A DNA stretch of 64,000 nucleotides, from the NCBI GenBank assembly GCA_964613215.1, contig CAZTHK010000016.1, positions 3,966 to 67,965 of the forward strand. Reading direction: 5' to 3'. The notes beneath the pieces are model-generated. The model worked only from the letters and a program-made list of their open reading frames with translations. It was not told where the DNA came from and searched no databases. The position numbers and the translations under genes were made by a program. This stretch comes from an uncultured bacterium (GTDB lineage Bacteria > Krumholzibacteriota > Krumholzibacteriia > Krumholzibacteriales > CAZTHK01). Positions within the stretch are counted from its first letter, which is position 1; each line of letters opens with the position of its first letter. Shown one piece after another: positions 19,966 through 30,857 of this stretch.

Positions 19966-20204
19966 TCTCCGGCTGAACCTGCCTGTCCTGCTGATGCTGA
20001 TTGAGCTGAGAGTAATTTCGTCCCATCCAGTTGAGCATATCCATCGCTGCAGCGGGCCGGGGTTGGATATTATTATCCCCTGAAATGATTTTGCTTGAAC
20101 GCCGCCAGTGGCTTTATTAAAGTCCCTAAATAAATCGATATCTCGTTTATTGTCATGTAAAAACCATATCAGCGAAAGACGGAACAGGCGGGAGAATTAT
20201 AACC

Positions 20205-22094
20205 ATGGTAAAGAAGATTTCGGCACTGCTGTCAATAGTATTGATCATGGGTTTGCTTTCTCAGCCGGTTTCCGGCTCAGCCCCGGATACCTTGCTTGAA
20301 AAAGGAATCAGCCGGTCCGGATTTTATTCCCTGGCCTTTCCCGGAGAAGTTTACGTTATTACTGCGGAACAGTTGAAAAACTATAATATAAATACTTTTC
20401 AGGATATTCTGGATCTGCTTCCGGGAGTTGATTCATGGAGGGAAGGTCCGCCTGCTTCCCCTTCCGGTTGCTCAGTGGATGGAACGGGGGGGGGTGGTAT
20501 TACCCTCTATCTGAATGGACATCCATTCTGTAATATTCAGACCAGTGAACCTCTATCCGGATTCCTGCCTCTCTCCAGACTGACCAGGGTGGAGGTCATT
20601 TACAGCGGTACCCCCATGCTGACTGGCGATGCCTCAGGCAGCGGAGCTATAAATGTGGTAACAGAGGAAGGGGGACGGGAAGCCCCCTTCTCAGAGATGG
20701 ATTTTACCTACGGGAGGAGCAACCGCCGGGCCAGGAGGATATGGTTCTCCACCCCCCGCTCATACATCAGCGGAACCATAGCCTACGATGCCTATCTTCA
20801 GGACGCCTTCGTTCCCACATCCGGGATAGGCAGAATAGGAAAGTATCATTCCAAATCGGTGCTGGCGGATCTTTCCCTGACCGGTGAAGAGGGGGAGAGC
20901 ATAATGTTCCGGCTGCAGCGTTATGAGGATGTTTATGAGGGCACCTATTATTCCGGAAGCGAGGAGGTAAGGCGCGATGGTTTCAGCTCACGTCTGTATT
21001 ACCGCAGGGATAACCTGAGTATAGGAATATTCCAGGATGAGCTGAATAGGAAGGACAGTTCGGGGGAGCTGGCCGGCCTGAAAACGGCCGCCAGAGCCAG
21101 CTACAGGAGCAGAGCGGGAGAGATATTATTGCGCGGCTATCTCCGGGTGGACCATAATTCTCTGGAGAGCTCGCTGAAGAAGATATATACCGATACCACC
21201 TATACCATAATAAATGGCGAGACGCTGTATGTGAATGTGGATAAAAAGAAAAGAAAAGTACCCCGGGAACCTGAGGATATCTATAAGATCGAGGGGGGAG
21301 TTGTTGCGGGGGGCGATATCAGAGAGGGGTTGCGCTGGAGGGCCGGACTTTTCGGGGGAGACCACAGCGAAACCGGCAGGTACTGGGAGGGTGAGGGGGG
21401 CGTGGTGAAGATTCACCAGAGTGGATTGAAGTATTCGGCTATGGTATCTCACCGCACCAGGCTTCCCTCTCCGGTGGAGTTGTTCTACCCGGTAGCGGAT
21501 AGCACCTTTACCGGAGATTATATCACCACCGGAGGAAACAGAAGCCTTGATCCGGAGACCTCCCTGGAGCTGGCCCTGGGAGTGGAGTACCGCTCCGGGG
21601 TATCATTCCACCTGCTGGCTCGAAGGAAGAGCTCGGCCATAACCGGCCGGGAAGATTTTCCCGTGATGGTCAACCGGGGGGAGAGCTTCAATATTGTGGG
21701 ATTGAGGGGAAGATTGAGCAGGGATGGGAAGCTGTGGAGGTTTCAGTGGGGCTGGAAGGGGCATTTCCAGATATTTCCCCATGGATGGGAGGAGGTATAT
21801 GGAATTACCCGGTACCGGATCGGGAGTGATTTTTTCATATCAACAGAGGTATTCAAACAGACAGAAGTGCTACGGTTAAGGTGGAGTGCCGGACTGACCG
21901 GGCGGAGAAACTGGTATGATAACGATCCCGGTTCCTGCATGGTGCACGATGTGGGCCTGTCCATGACAATTCTGGGCGCAGTAATAAGAGGTGAATACAA
22001 GAATGTTCTGGACGAGGAATACGAGACTGTGCCTGGTTTCAGTATGCCGGGAAGGTACTGGATGATGGGGATATACTGGGAGTTCTTCGACTGA
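20205..22094 (+). CDS. TonB-dependent receptor-like outer-membrane protein (plug plus a short beta-barrel).
   Basis: Signal peptide MVKKISALLSIVLIMGLLSQPVSGSA. Plug-domain pattern ITAEQLKNYNINTFQDILDLLPGVDSW...ITLYLNGHPF...LSRVEVIYSGTPMLTGDASGSGAINVVTEEG. Beta-rich remainder. The ending ...WEFFD is atypical for a TBDR. Confidence 0.5.
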   Translation: MVKKISALLSIVLIMGLLSQPVSGSAPDTLLEKGISRSGFYSLAFPGEVYVITAEQLKNYNINTFQDILDLLPGVDSWREGPPASPSGCSVDGTGGGGITLYLNGHPFCNIQTSEPLSGFLPLSRLTRVEVIYSGTPMLTGDASGSGAINVVTEEGGREAPFSEMDFTYGRSNRRARRIWFSTPRSYISGTIAYDAYLQDAFVPTSGIGRIGKYHSKSVLADLSLTGEEGESIMFRLQRYEDVYEGTYYSGSEEVRRDGFSSRLYYRRDNLSIGIFQDELNRKDSSGELAGLKTAARASYRSRAGEILLRGYLRVDHNSLESSLKKIYTDTTYTIINGETLYVNVDKKKRKVPREPEDIYKIEGGVVAGGDIREGLRWRAGLFGGDHSETGRYWEGEGGVVKIHQSGLKYSAMVSHRTRLPSPVELFYPVADSTFTGDYITTGGNRSLDPETSLELALGVEYRSGVSFHLLARRKSSAITGREDFPVMVNRGESFNIVGLRGRLSRDGKLWRFQWGWKGHFQIFPHGWEEVYGITRYRIGSDFFISTEVFKQTEVLRLRWSAGLTGRRNWYDNDPGSCMVHDVGLSMTILGAVIRGEYKNVLDEEYETVPGFSMPGRYWMMGIYWEFFD

Positions 22095-22576
22095 TTTTAT
22101 TATTATTTATAATTAACCTGGATGGAACAGCCTCCCGGAAGGTAATCCGTTTCGTTCTGGAAATTATGCCACTGAAAATTCCAGCTCTCATATGGCAGGC
22201 GTTTTGTCGAGCGTCAGGATCACCGCCAGACTGCAATTATCACCGTACACCGGGTGCAACCGGCGGGGGGTTGCCCCATATTCAGCATGCCGGTTAAATA
22301 GCCCGTGGTAAAAATCACACCAACTGGTGGATATTTTTCTTTATATAAACCCTGAAATATCTGATTTGCATAGTGCAAGATATCTTGCATGCTGCACTTG
22401 CTTGAACCGGATGCGGGGATAGCGGGACTAAAGTTTTGGGGAGATCTGGAACAGCCGAATATTGGGAAGAGAAAGAATAATTCCATCCCTTATCTCTTTT
22501 TTAAATCACCTTTAAAAAGGCACGATTTTCTCTATACCCCTTTAGGAATTAGCATGTTATGGGATTTGTGGTTATG

Positions 22577-22591
22577 TGGCATATTTATTGC
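22577..22591 (+). promoter_or_regulatory. Sigma-54 (RpoN) -24/-12 promoter upstream of pilB.
   Basis: TGGCATatttaTTGC matches TGGCAC-N5-TTGC(A/T) with correct GG-N10-GC spacing. It lies ~112 nt upstream of the pilB GTG. The 16-mer is identical to the one upstream of pilA. Confidence 0.6.
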
Positions 22592-22703
22592 GCCGGAAAT
22601 TTTTGATTAACAATGCGAAAAATCTTCCGAAGAGGGTACCGGTGCCCGGTTTGACAGTTCGCGTGCCAATCATACGGATTCAGTAAGAGGGTGGAGGAAA
22701 TCT

Positions 22704-24383
22704 GTGAAAGATAATATCGCCGATCAGCTTCTGGAATCCAGTCTGATTTCACGGGATCAGCTGGAAATTGCTCTGGGTGAGCAGGGGAAGTCGGGTGGAA
22801 GCCTGGGATTTAATCTGGTAAAAACAGGAGCAATATCGGAGAAGGCCTTCTCCGAATTTCTCTCCCAGGTATATCAGGTCCCGGCTGTGGATCTGGATGA
22901 GATCGAATCGGATGAAAATGCGGTAGAGCTAATTCCTTCCGAGGTGGCCACCAAATTCCAGGTGGTTCCGGTAAAGCGGGAGGGAAGGCTGCTCACCCTG
23001 GCTATGGCCAATCCCGACAATATATTCGCCATAGATGACATCAAGTTTATCACCGGCCTGGAGGTTTCACCGGTGGTGGCCAGCGAGACCTCCATCAAGA
23101 AGGCTATCGACCGGTTCTACGACTCCGCCGACTCGCTGGCTGAAGTGATGAAGGATATGGAGGATGATTTCGAAATCGTGGAGGAGGTGGAAGAGGATCT
23201 GGGTCTGGAGGAAGCCCAGAGTGAAGACGCTCCGGTAGTGAAACTGGTTAATTCCCTTATCGCCGATGCGGTCAACAAGGAGGCCAGTGATATCCATATC
23301 GAACCATTCGAGAAGAAGCTGAGGGTACGTTTCAGGATCGACGGGGTTCTGCACGAGATGATGTCTCCTCCTCACAAGATGAAGGGGGCTATTACCTCCA
23401 GATTGAAGATAATGGCCGAACTGGACATAGCGGAGAAGAGGATTCCACAGGACGGAAGAATAAAGATCCGGATAGGGCGAAAGAAGATAGATCTGCGTGT
23501 CAGTACCCTTCCCACCGTATTCGGTGAAAAGGTAGTGATGAGAATACTGGATGCCAGCAACCTGGAGATAGATCTGACCAAACTGGGATTTCAGCCGGAT
23601 GCACTGGATAAATTTATCCGGGCCGTAGAATCACCGTACGGTATGGTACTGGTCACCGGGCCTACCGGAAGCGGTAAAACCACCACTCTGTATTCAGCCT
23701 TGAATAAGATTAATGTTCCCGAGAAAAATATTATGACCGCCGAGGATCCGGTGGAATACAATCTGCACGGAATCAACCAGGTCAATGTGCACGAGAGTAT
23801 CGGATTGAGTTTCGCCTCCGCCCTGAAGGCATTTCTGCGGCAGGATCCCAATATTGTGATGGTTGGAGAGATTCGGGATCTGGAAACCGCCTCCATAGCA
23901 GTCAAGGCCGCACTTACCGGGCACCTGGTTCTAAGCACCCTCCACACCAACGATGCCCCCAGTACCATTAACCGTATGATCGATATGGGGGTAGAGCCGT
24001 TTCTGGTTTCCAGCTCGGTAAATATGATTCTGGCTCAGAGACTGGTAAGAAAACTGTGCACCAATTGCAAGAAGGAGGAGGAGGTTCATCCTGAAGCTCT
24101 CAGGGAACTGGGGCTGTCAGAGGATGAGAAGTTTACTATCAATGAGCCGCAGGGGTGTCCCAAGTGTTCAGGAACCGGTTACTCCGGAAGAATCGGTCTG
24201 TATGAGGTTCTGCCGGTTTCGGAGCAGATCAGGGATATGGTTCTCAACCGTGCTTCCTCTACAGAGATCAAGAGGGCAGCGGTGGAGGAGGGGATGTATA
24301 CACTCAGGCAGGATGGAATTCTTAAACTCAAGAGCGGAATTACATCTGTGGAAGAGGTTCTGAAGGAGACTTCAGCGGAATAA
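22704..24383 (+). CDS. pilB: Type IV pilus assembly ATPase PilB (GspE family).
   Basis: N-terminal T2SSE_N-like domain, Walker A VTGPTGSGKTTTLYS, Asp/His boxes, tetra-Cys CTNCK...CPKCSGTGYSGRIGLYE. Confidence 0.85.
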   Translation: MKDNIADQLLESSLISRDQLEIALGEQGKSGGSLGFNLVKTGAISEKAFSEFLSQVYQVPAVDLDEIESDENAVELIPSEVATKFQVVPVKREGRLLTLAMANPDNIFAIDDIKFITGLEVSPVVASETSIKKAIDRFYDSADSLAEVMKDMEDDFEIVEEVEEDLGLEEAQSEDAPVVKLVNSLIADAVNKEASDIHIEPFEKKLRVRFRIDGVLHEMMSPPHKMKGAITSRLKIMAELDIAEKRIPQDGRIKIRIGRKKIDLRVSTLPTVFGEKVVMRILDASNLEIDLTKLGFQPDALDKFIRAVESPYGMVLVTGPTGSGKTTTLYSALNKINVPEKNIMTAEDPVEYNLHGINQVNVHESIGLSFASALKAFLRQDPNIVMVGEIRDLETASIAVKAALTGHLVLSTLHTNDAPSTINRMIDMGVEPFLVSSSVNMILAQRLVRKLCTNCKKEEEVHPEALRELGLSEDEKFTINEPQGCPKCSGTGYSGRIGLYEVLPVSEQIRDMVLNRASSTEIKRAAVEEGMYTLRQDGILKLKSGITSVEEVLKETSAE

Positions 24384-24411
24384 AAGGAAATTAAGATCGG
24401 GGGTTGATGGA

Positions 24412-25500
24412 ATGTTAAACTTGAGGGATCTTCTGCAGGAGATGATAGACAACGGGGCCAGCGACCTGCATATAACCGCAGGCGTTCCGCCAATGCTGAG
24501 GGTAGACGGGGTTATGAAAAAGACCTCTCATCCGGTGGTAACACCTGAGGTGAGCAAGCAGATAGCCTACAGTGTATTAACCGAAGAACAGCAGAAAAGA
24601 TTCGAGAACGAGAAGGAACTGGATTTCTCCTTCGGAGTACAGGGATTGTCCCGTTTCAGAGCCAATGTGTTTCAGCAGCGGGGAGTTACCAGCCTGGCCA
24701 TCCGGCAGATTCCCTTTGAAATTCTGGATTTCAAGAGCCTGGGACTTCCTCCCATTGTTTCCGACTTTTCAAAAAAACAGAAGGGGCTTGTCCTGGTAAC
24801 CGGACCGACCGGCAGCGGAAAATCAACCACCCTGGCCAGTATTATCGATAAGATCAATTCAGAGAGAAATGCCCATGTAATTACCATAGAGGATCCCATA
24901 GAGTACATTCACAAGCACAAAAAATGCATAGTCAACCAGAGAGAGGTAAAGGCAGATACCGAAAACTTTGCTACCGCACTGAAGCATGTGTTAAGACAGG
25001 ATCCCGATGTCATCCTGATAGGGGAGATGCGCGACCTGGAGACCATGCAGGCAGCTCTTACCATCGCGGAGACCGGCCATCTGGCCCTGGCCACCCTCCA
25101 TACCAACTCCACCTTCGAATCGATAAACCGTATCGTGGATAACTTTCCTCCCACCCAGCAGGCCCAGGTAAGAGCCCAGCTGGCCTTCGTGCTGGAGGGT
25201 GTGATCACCCAGCAGCTGGTACCTCGTATTTCCGGCAAGGGCAGAATTCTGCTATCGGAGGTGATGGTATGTACACCCGCCATCAGCGCGGTTATCCGGG
25301 ATGATAAGATACATCAGATATACGGACTGATGCAGGCGGGACACAAATACGGTATGCAGACCATGAACCAGTCTATTTTCAGAGCATATACAAACAGGCA
25401 GATATCACGGGGGGAGGCTTTAAGGAGGAGTTCGGATCCGCTGGAGCTTCAGCAGATGCTGGGGGAGAAGGCGGATATGCCGGGACACTGTATAAGGTAA
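24412..25500 (+). CDS. pilT: Twitching-motility retraction ATPase PilT.
   Basis: MLNLRDLLQEMIDNGASDLHITAGVPPMLRVDG, Walker A VTGPTGSGKSTTLAS, AHKYGMQTMNQS PilT signature. 362 aa. Confidence 0.9.
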   Translation: MLNLRDLLQEMIDNGASDLHITAGVPPMLRVDGVMKKTSHPVVTPEVSKQIAYSVLTEEQQKRFENEKELDFSFGVQGLSRFRANVFQQRGVTSLAIRQIPFEILDFKSLGLPPIVSDFSKKQKGLVLVTGPTGSGKSTTLASIIDKINSERNAHVITIEDPIEYIHKHKKCIVNQREVKADTENFATALKHVLRQDPDVILIGEMRDLETMQAALTIAETGHLALATLHTNSTFESINRIVDNFPPTQQAQVRAQLAFVLEGVITQQLVPRISGKGRILLSEVMVCTPAISAVIRDDKIHQIYGLMQAGHKYGMQTMNQSIFRAYTNRQISRGEALRRSSDPLELQQMLGEKADMPGHCIR

Positions 25501-25522
25501 TGATAATTCAGGGGGAATAAAA

Positions 25523-26731
25523 ATGGCCACTACATTTGTATGGAAGGGAAGAACACCAGCCGGAGAGACCCTGTCCGGTGAATATGATGCAGAGAACAAG
25601 AGTGAACTGCTCAACTATCTGCGAAAACGCAAGATAATAGTCACCCAGGTGCGTCATAAACCCAAGGAGCTGAATATCGATTTCGGCCTGGGTAACAGGA
25701 TAAAGACCAAGGACCTGGGTGTGTTTACCAGACAGTTCGCCACCATGATCAATGCCGGGCTGCCCATGGTTCAGTGTCTGGACATTCTATCCAGCCAGCT
25801 GGATAATCCCAAGTTCAAGTCTATCGTGGAAACGGTGATGAGTGATGTGGAGGGTGGCAGCACCCTGGCGGAGGCATTGAACAAACATGACTGCTTCACC
25901 GAACTTTACGTAAATATGGTGGATGCGGGTGAGGCGGGAGGTATTCTGGATATAATCCTGAACAGGCTGGCGGTATATCTGGAGAAAGCGGACGCGCTTA
26001 AAAGGAAGATAAAGGGTGCCATGATGTATCCCGCCATAGTATTTACCGTAGCCATGGGAGCCACCGTATTCATGCTGATGTTCATCATTCCCACCTTTGC
26101 CAAGATGTTTTCCGATTTCGGGGGGACCCTTCCCCTTCCTACCAGGATAGTGATGGGATTGAGTGACTTCCTCAGAGCAAACTGGTGGGTGCTGCTGCTG
26201 TTCGGGGGAGGAATCGTATTCGGGTTGAAGAGGTTTTATAAGACGGATAATGGAAAGCGCAGATTAGACAGGTTGATGCTCAGCGTTCCGGTGATTGGCA
26301 ATGTTATCAGAAAGGGTGCGGTGGCCAGGTTTACCAGAACCCTGGGTACTCTGGTAGCCAGTGGTGTGCCCATTCTGGACGGGCTGGATATTACCGCCAG
26401 AACATCGGGAAACAAGGTGGTTGAGGATGCGGTAATGCAGACCCGCTCGAGTATAAGTGAGGGTAACACCATCGCTGAACCGCTGAAGCAATGTGAAGTA
26501 TTCCCACCCATGGTGGTACAGATGATCGGGGTGGGAGAGCAGACCGGTGCTCTGGATGAGATGCTGGAGAAGGTGGCCGACTTCTACGATGACGAGGTGG
26601 ACACCGCAGTGGATGCGCTTACCTCGGTGATAGAACCGATCATGATAGTATTGATGGGGGGAGTTGTAGGTGGAATGCTGGTAGCCATGTACCTGCCCAT
26701 GTTCAAGCTTATCAGCGTGGTTTCCGGGTAG
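25523..26731 (+). CDS. pilC: Type IV pilus inner-membrane platform protein PilC (GspF family).
   Basis: ~400 aa with two GspF repeats, FTRQFATMINAGLPMVQCLDIL and ARFTRTLGTLVASGVPILDGLDI, plus predicted TM helices. Confidence 0.85.
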   Translation: MATTFVWKGRTPAGETLSGEYDAENKSELLNYLRKRKIIVTQVRHKPKELNIDFGLGNRIKTKDLGVFTRQFATMINAGLPMVQCLDILSSQLDNPKFKSIVETVMSDVEGGSTLAEALNKHDCFTELYVNMVDAGEAGGILDIILNRLAVYLEKADALKRKIKGAMMYPAIVFTVAMGATVFMLMFIIPTFAKMFSDFGGTLPLPTRIVMGLSDFLRANWWVLLLFGGGIVFGLKRFYKTDNGKRRLDRLMLSVPVIGNVIRKGAVARFTRTLGTLVASGVPILDGLDITARTSGNKVVEDAVMQTRSSISEGNTIAEPLKQCEVFPPMVVQMIGVGEQTGALDEMLEKVADFYDDEVDTAVDALTSVIEPIMIVLMGGVVGGMLVAMYLPMFKLISVVSG

Positions 26732-26947
26732 AATTGACCGGATGGGAAATATATTTGAGCAGAACGGATTAAGTGTTCGGAGAAGATACCGCATTTTGCC
26801 ATGAACATTAATATAACCGGTGGATTGGTTCCTGCCGGTGGGAGAACCAGTATATTGGAAATGATCGGCTGTAATCCTGGCAGGAGGGCGGGGTCGTCTC
26901 CCTGCCGCTTTGAAGGAGCCGTTTTTTTCCGGGGAGGTTAAACCGGA

Positions 26948-28696
26948 ATGAACCTGATTTCGCGTGCGTTCTCCGGTGAGGAAGAAGAAAAGCTCAGGAA
27001 GCTGACCTTTATCCGCCTGGTGGCAGCTACCGTTATGGTGGGTGCCGCCATCATGGTACTTCAGATAGAGGGAAGCCCCACCTCCATGGCAGCTCTGTAC
27101 AGCCTGCTGGGGGTAATATATCTCAGCAGTGGTTCAGCTTATGTGATTTTCAGATCAGGGGTTCCTTTCAAGCCCCTGGTATGGATCCTTACCCTGGTGG
27201 ACCTGGCTGTGCTTACCCTGATCGTCCATTACAGTGGAGGAAGCGGATCATTCTTTACCATTCTGTATCTACTGCCTATTGTTATGGCGGGGGTATACTT
27301 CCAGCTGACCGGAGGGGTGATAGCCGCCGCCCTGGCAGCATCGGCATACATCATATATGCCTTCCTGGAGTATTCGGGACAACTCTATCCCATCGGGTCC
27401 ACTCAGTGGAACAGTTCGTATCCGGGAACATTCATGCCTCTGCTGAGGGGATACCTTCACATCGCCGTATTCATATTCACCGGGCTTATCAGCGGTTATG
27501 TCTCCCGCCGGATCAAAAGGAAGAGAGAGGAACTGGAGATAAGGGAGAGGGAGCTCAAGAGTGTCCGGCTGAACACCGACAGTATTATCAGAAACATAAG
27601 CAGCGGGCTGGTGGTTATCGGCCTGGATGGCGAAATACTATCCCTCAACCCGGCGGCGGTGGAGATACTGGGACTGGACCAGAGGGTGATGGATTACCGG
27701 GGCAGGCTGGTTAGTGATATCCTTGAACATATGCCGGAGCTGTTGCATGAGATCGAAGGGGCACTCAGAGACAAGAAGCCCAGGAGGCGCCAGGAGGTGG
27801 AGGTCGAGCGGGAGGATGGAAAGAAGCTTTCTCTGGGTATCAGCGTATCCCTTCTCCGCAGGGAGGGGAATGAGATAAGCGGAGCAATCGCCCTGTTTCA
27901 GGATCTAACCGAGGTAATAGGTATGAGGAAGAGGATCAGACAGGCCGACAGGATGGCCGCCATTGGAGAGCTTTCCGCCTCCATCGCTCACGAGATAAGA
28001 GCACCCCTGGCTTCCATTTGCGGATCAATAGAGATGCTGCAGGGGGAGATAGAGACCACCGGGGAGAACAGGGACCTGATGAACCTGATAATGGAGGAAT
28101 CCGACCGGCTGGATGCACTGATCACCGATTTTCTGGAATTTGCCCGGATGAAGAAACCATCCCTCTCCAGCGTTGATATAACCGCCTGTATCAGGGATGT
28201 TTTAACCCTTCTCAGTAATTCTCCGGAGGTGGGAAGGGGGATTTCATTCGATCTCCGCAACCGGGGAGCTGTGCTGAATGTCCGGGTGGATGATGAACAG
28301 ATCAAGCAGGTGTTGCTGAATTTGGGGATGAATGCCTGCGAGGCAATGGGGGAGTGTGGAAAGCTGGATATTGCAGTAGACCGGGAGAGGGTGGCCCTGA
28401 AGGAGGGAGAAGACCCGGTGGATTGCGTGAAAATCGAGTTTGCCAACGACGGGCCTCACATAGAAGAGGAAGATATGCCCCGGATCTTCGAACCATTCTT
28501 CACCACCAGGGATGAGGGGACCGGGCTGGGGCTGGCCACAGCAGCCAGGATAATCGAGAATCACGGAGGAATTATAAAGGCGGAGAACCGGGATGGAAAA
28601 GGAACGGTGTTTACTGTTCTTATACCTGAAGTGGAAAAGGCGGTGGAGCGGGAGATTTCTATACATGAAAGAGTAGCAGTCAACCAGAATATTTAA
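26948..28696 (+). CDS. pilS: Sensor histidine kinase, PilS-like (multi-TM N-terminus, PAS, HisKA, HATPase).
   Basis: About 6 N-terminal hydrophobic helices, the H-box AASIAHEIRAPLASI, G-boxes DEGTGLGLA. Immediately upstream of the sigma-54 response regulator. The pilS assignment is inferred from context. Confidence 0.65.
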   Translation: MNLISRAFSGEEEEKLRKLTFIRLVAATVMVGAAIMVLQIEGSPTSMAALYSLLGVIYLSSGSAYVIFRSGVPFKPLVWILTLVDLAVLTLIVHYSGGSGSFFTILYLLPIVMAGVYFQLTGGVIAAALAASAYIIYAFLEYSGQLYPIGSTQWNSSYPGTFMPLLRGYLHIAVFIFTGLISGYVSRRIKRKREELEIRERELKSVRLNTDSIIRNISSGLVVIGLDGEILSLNPAAVEILGLDQRVMDYRGRLVSDILEHMPELLHEIEGALRDKKPRRRQEVEVEREDGKKLSLGISVSLLRREGNEISGAIALFQDLTEVIGMRKRIRQADRMAAIGELSASIAHEIRAPLASICGSIEMLQGEIETTGENRDLMNLIMEESDRLDALITDFLEFARMKKPSLSSVDITACIRDVLTLLSNSPEVGRGISFDLRNRGAVLNVRVDDEQIKQVLLNLGMNACEAMGECGKLDIAVDRERVALKEGEDPVDCVKIEFANDGPHIEEEDMPRIFEPFFTTRDEGTGLGLATAARIIENHGGIIKAENRDGKGTVFTVLIPEVEKAVEREISIHERVAVNQNI

Positions 28697-28705
28697 CCGC
28701 GGGAG

Positions 28706-30094
28706 TTGAATTTAATGGCAGGCGAAAAGATACTGATAGTAGACGATGAGAAGAGCATGTGCCAGTACATGTCCATTATGCTCAAGAAGGAGGGGTATGA
28801 GGTAACCACGGTCAAGAACGGCAAGAAGGCGGTGAAGGAGGTGAAGAACTCCAACTATGATGTGGTTATTACCGACATCAAGATGAAGGGTATGGATGGA
28901 ATAGATGTGCTTTCGGAGGTAAAGAATATAAACCCCAGTACTCCCGTAATTATGATGACAGCATACGCCTCCCAGAAGACTGCCATTCAGGCGCTGAACA
29001 ATGGTGCCTTCTACTATCTGATAAAGAGGGCCAAGAATGAAGAGATAAAGATGGTGGTGCGGAACGCCCTTCAGATGCACAGGGTAAAGAGCGAAAACGA
29101 CTTTCTCAAAAAGGAGCTCAAACGCAAGGACAAGTTCAAGAAGATCATCGGCAAGAGCGACCAGATAGAGAATGTTTTCAGGCGGATCGACAAGGTGGCC
29201 GATACCGACAGCACTATACTTATATGCGGCGAAAGCGGTACCGGCAAGGAACTTATCGCCAGGGAGATACACTACCGCAGCTCCCGCTCCAGCAATCCCT
29301 TTGTATCCATCAACTGCGGAGCACTGCCGGAGAACCTGCTGGAAAGCGAGCTTTTCGGGCATATCAAAGGCTCATTTACCGGGGCCATCAGGGACAAGGA
29401 GGGCCTGTTCAAGGTGGCCAGCGGAGGCACCTTCCTGCTGGACGAGGTGGGAGAGACCTCCCCCGCCATTCAGGTGAAGCTGCTGCGGGTGCTGCAGGAG
29501 AGGGAGATAATTCCGGTGGGAGGAACCAAGCCCATTCCGGTGGATGCCAGGCTCATAGCCGCCACCAACTCCGATCTGGAGAAGGCGGTGAACGAGGGCG
29601 GCTTCAGAGCGGATCTGTACTACCGGCTTAATGTAATACCCGTCAATATTCCGCCCCTTCGAATGAGGCGGGATGATATTACCCTGCTGGTGGATCATTT
29701 TCTCAAAATTGCCAGCGAGAAGAGCGGCACCGAGAAGACCATATCCATGGATGCCATGAAACTGCTCACCGAGTATGACTGGCCGGGGAATGTAAGGGAG
29801 CTGGAGAATATCATAGAGAGGGCGGTTATCCTGCAGGATGGCAATAAGATAACCAGGGAGGACCTCCCCGACAAGATCAAGCATCACTCCCGCAAGAGGA
29901 CCAGGGTGGTTATGGAGAATGCCCAGATGACCCTGGAGGAACTGGAGAAGGAATACCTGGTATCGGTTCTGGATGAGACCAACTGGCAGAAGAAGAAGGC
30001 CAGTGAGATCCTGGGAATCAACGCCTCCACCCTCTATCGCAAGATACAGCGCTATGATCTCGAGCGTGAGAAGGAGAAGGTGGGGCAGAGTTGA
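28706..30094 (+). CDS. pilR: Sigma-54-dependent response regulator (NtrC family), PilR-like.
   Basis: REC domain (DDE...TDIKM), AAA+ sigma-54 activator with [21 protein letters not shown] variant GSFTGA, ESELFGH, and a C-terminal Fis-type HTH ([16 protein letters not shown]). Confidence 0.8.
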   Translation: MNLMAGEKILIVDDEKSMCQYMSIMLKKEGYEVTTVKNGKKAVKEVKNSNYDVVITDIKMKGMDGIDVLSEVKNINPSTPVIMMTAYASQKTAIQALNNGAFYYLIKRAKNEEIKMVVRNALQMHRVKSENDFLKKELKRKDKFKKIIGKSDQIENVFRRIDKVADTDSTILICGESGTGKELIAREIHYRSSRSSNPFVSINCGALPENLLESELFGHIKGSFTGAIRDKEGLFKVASGGTFLLDEVGETSPAIQVKLLRVLQEREIIPVGGTKPIPVDARLIAATNSDLEKAVNEGGFRADLYYRLNVIPVNIPPLRMRRDDITLLVDHFLKIASEKSGTEKTISMDAMKLLTEYDWPGNVRELENIIERAVILQDGNKITREDLPDKIKHHSRKRTRVVMENAQMTLEELEKEYLVSVLDETNWQKKKASEILGINASTLYRKIQRYDLEREKEKVGQS

Positions 30095-30226
30095 TATTTG
30101 GCCTGAAATTGCATATGGAACACCGGTCTGGCAAATTACAACTGCAAGAACTGCAGCATGAAAGGATGCAATTATATAATATCAAGAAACTTAAAGAGTT
30201 ATGCGATACTATATATATGATAAAAC

Positions 30227-30241
30227 TGGCATATTTATTGC
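30227..30241 (+). promoter_or_regulatory. Sigma-54 -24/-12 promoter upstream of pilA.
   Basis: TGGCATatttaTTGC, ~125 nt upstream of the pilA ATG at 30366. Identical to the pilB-upstream element. The adjacent pilR encodes a sigma-54 activator. Confidence 0.65.
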
Positions 30242-30365
30242 GGAAAAAACAATTGAGCCGGCAATGCGGCCGGCCTTAAACAACGGTTTATGAGAATAAC
30301 CGTTACTTTCAGTGAAGGTGGTCAAGGCGTACGATGCTTTGATATCTAAATCGAGGAGGTGTCCG

Positions 30366-30803
30366 ATGAATAACAAGGGTTTCACCCTTATCGAGCTTAT
30401 GATCGTTGTGGTCATTATTGGTATTCTCGCAGCGATCGCTATCCCTAACTTCATCAACATGCAGGCGAGAGCCAAGGAGGCTTCAGTAAAGTCGAACTGC
30501 CACACGGTTCAGCTGGCCTCCGAGGACTTCGCCGTCCAGAATGATGGAGTGTATGCGACAGATAATACTGACGCACTACCCAGCGGTGATACAATGGTCG
30601 ACTTACTGCCCGGCGGCGCTCTGCTGGAAAACCCCTTCACCAAGGCTGCTACCGAGCCTGCCGTGTGGGGCGGAGCTGCCAACAACCCCGGTGAGATTGG
30701 TTACGACCCCGAGGTTCAGGGTGGTGTAAACGTAGGCTACTCCATTACCGGTGTTGGAAAGACCGCCGGTACCACCGTTATCACCCTTACCAGTGGTCAG
30801 TAA
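30366..30803 (+). CDS. pilA: Type IVa major pilin (class III prepilin signal).
   Basis: MNNKGFTLIELMIVVVIIGILAAIAIPNF: the G-1/F+1 cleavage site with E+5, preceded by RBS gaggagg. The track ORF starts earlier at 30312. Confidence 0.85.
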   Translation: MNNKGFTLIELMIVVVIIGILAAIAIPNFINMQARAKEASVKSNCHTVQLASEDFAVQNDGVYATDNTDALPSGDTMVDLLPGGALLENPFTKAATEPAVWGGAANNPGEIGYDPEVQGGVNVGYSITGVGKTAGTTVITLTSGQ

Positions 30804-30829
30804 GCTGATAGATAACTTTGACCTTTACA

Positions 30830-30857
30830 GGGGCGGCACTGCCGCCCCTTTTTATTT
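30830..30857 (+). terminator. Rho-independent terminator after pilA.
   Basis: GGGGCGGC-act-GCCGCCCC stem followed by TTTTTATTT. Confidence 0.7.

Noticed and set aside
19966-20204. Possible cobalamin riboswitch upstream of the TonB-dependent-like receptor, prompted by GCCAGTGGC.
   Set aside because: No GGUG…A.UCC core or other B12-element blocks are present. This is coincidental similarity only.
27181-27714. 177-aa same-strand alternative-frame ORF inside the sensor kinase gene.
   Set aside because: An out-of-frame artefact that is Gly/Pro/Arg-rich. The kinase frame carries coherent TM helices and H/G boxes.
30103-30118. TGGCCTgaaatTGCA just downstream of pilR as an additional sigma-54 site.
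   Set aside because: The GG…GC spacing is 9 rather than 10 nt. The well-spaced element at 30227 is a better candidate.
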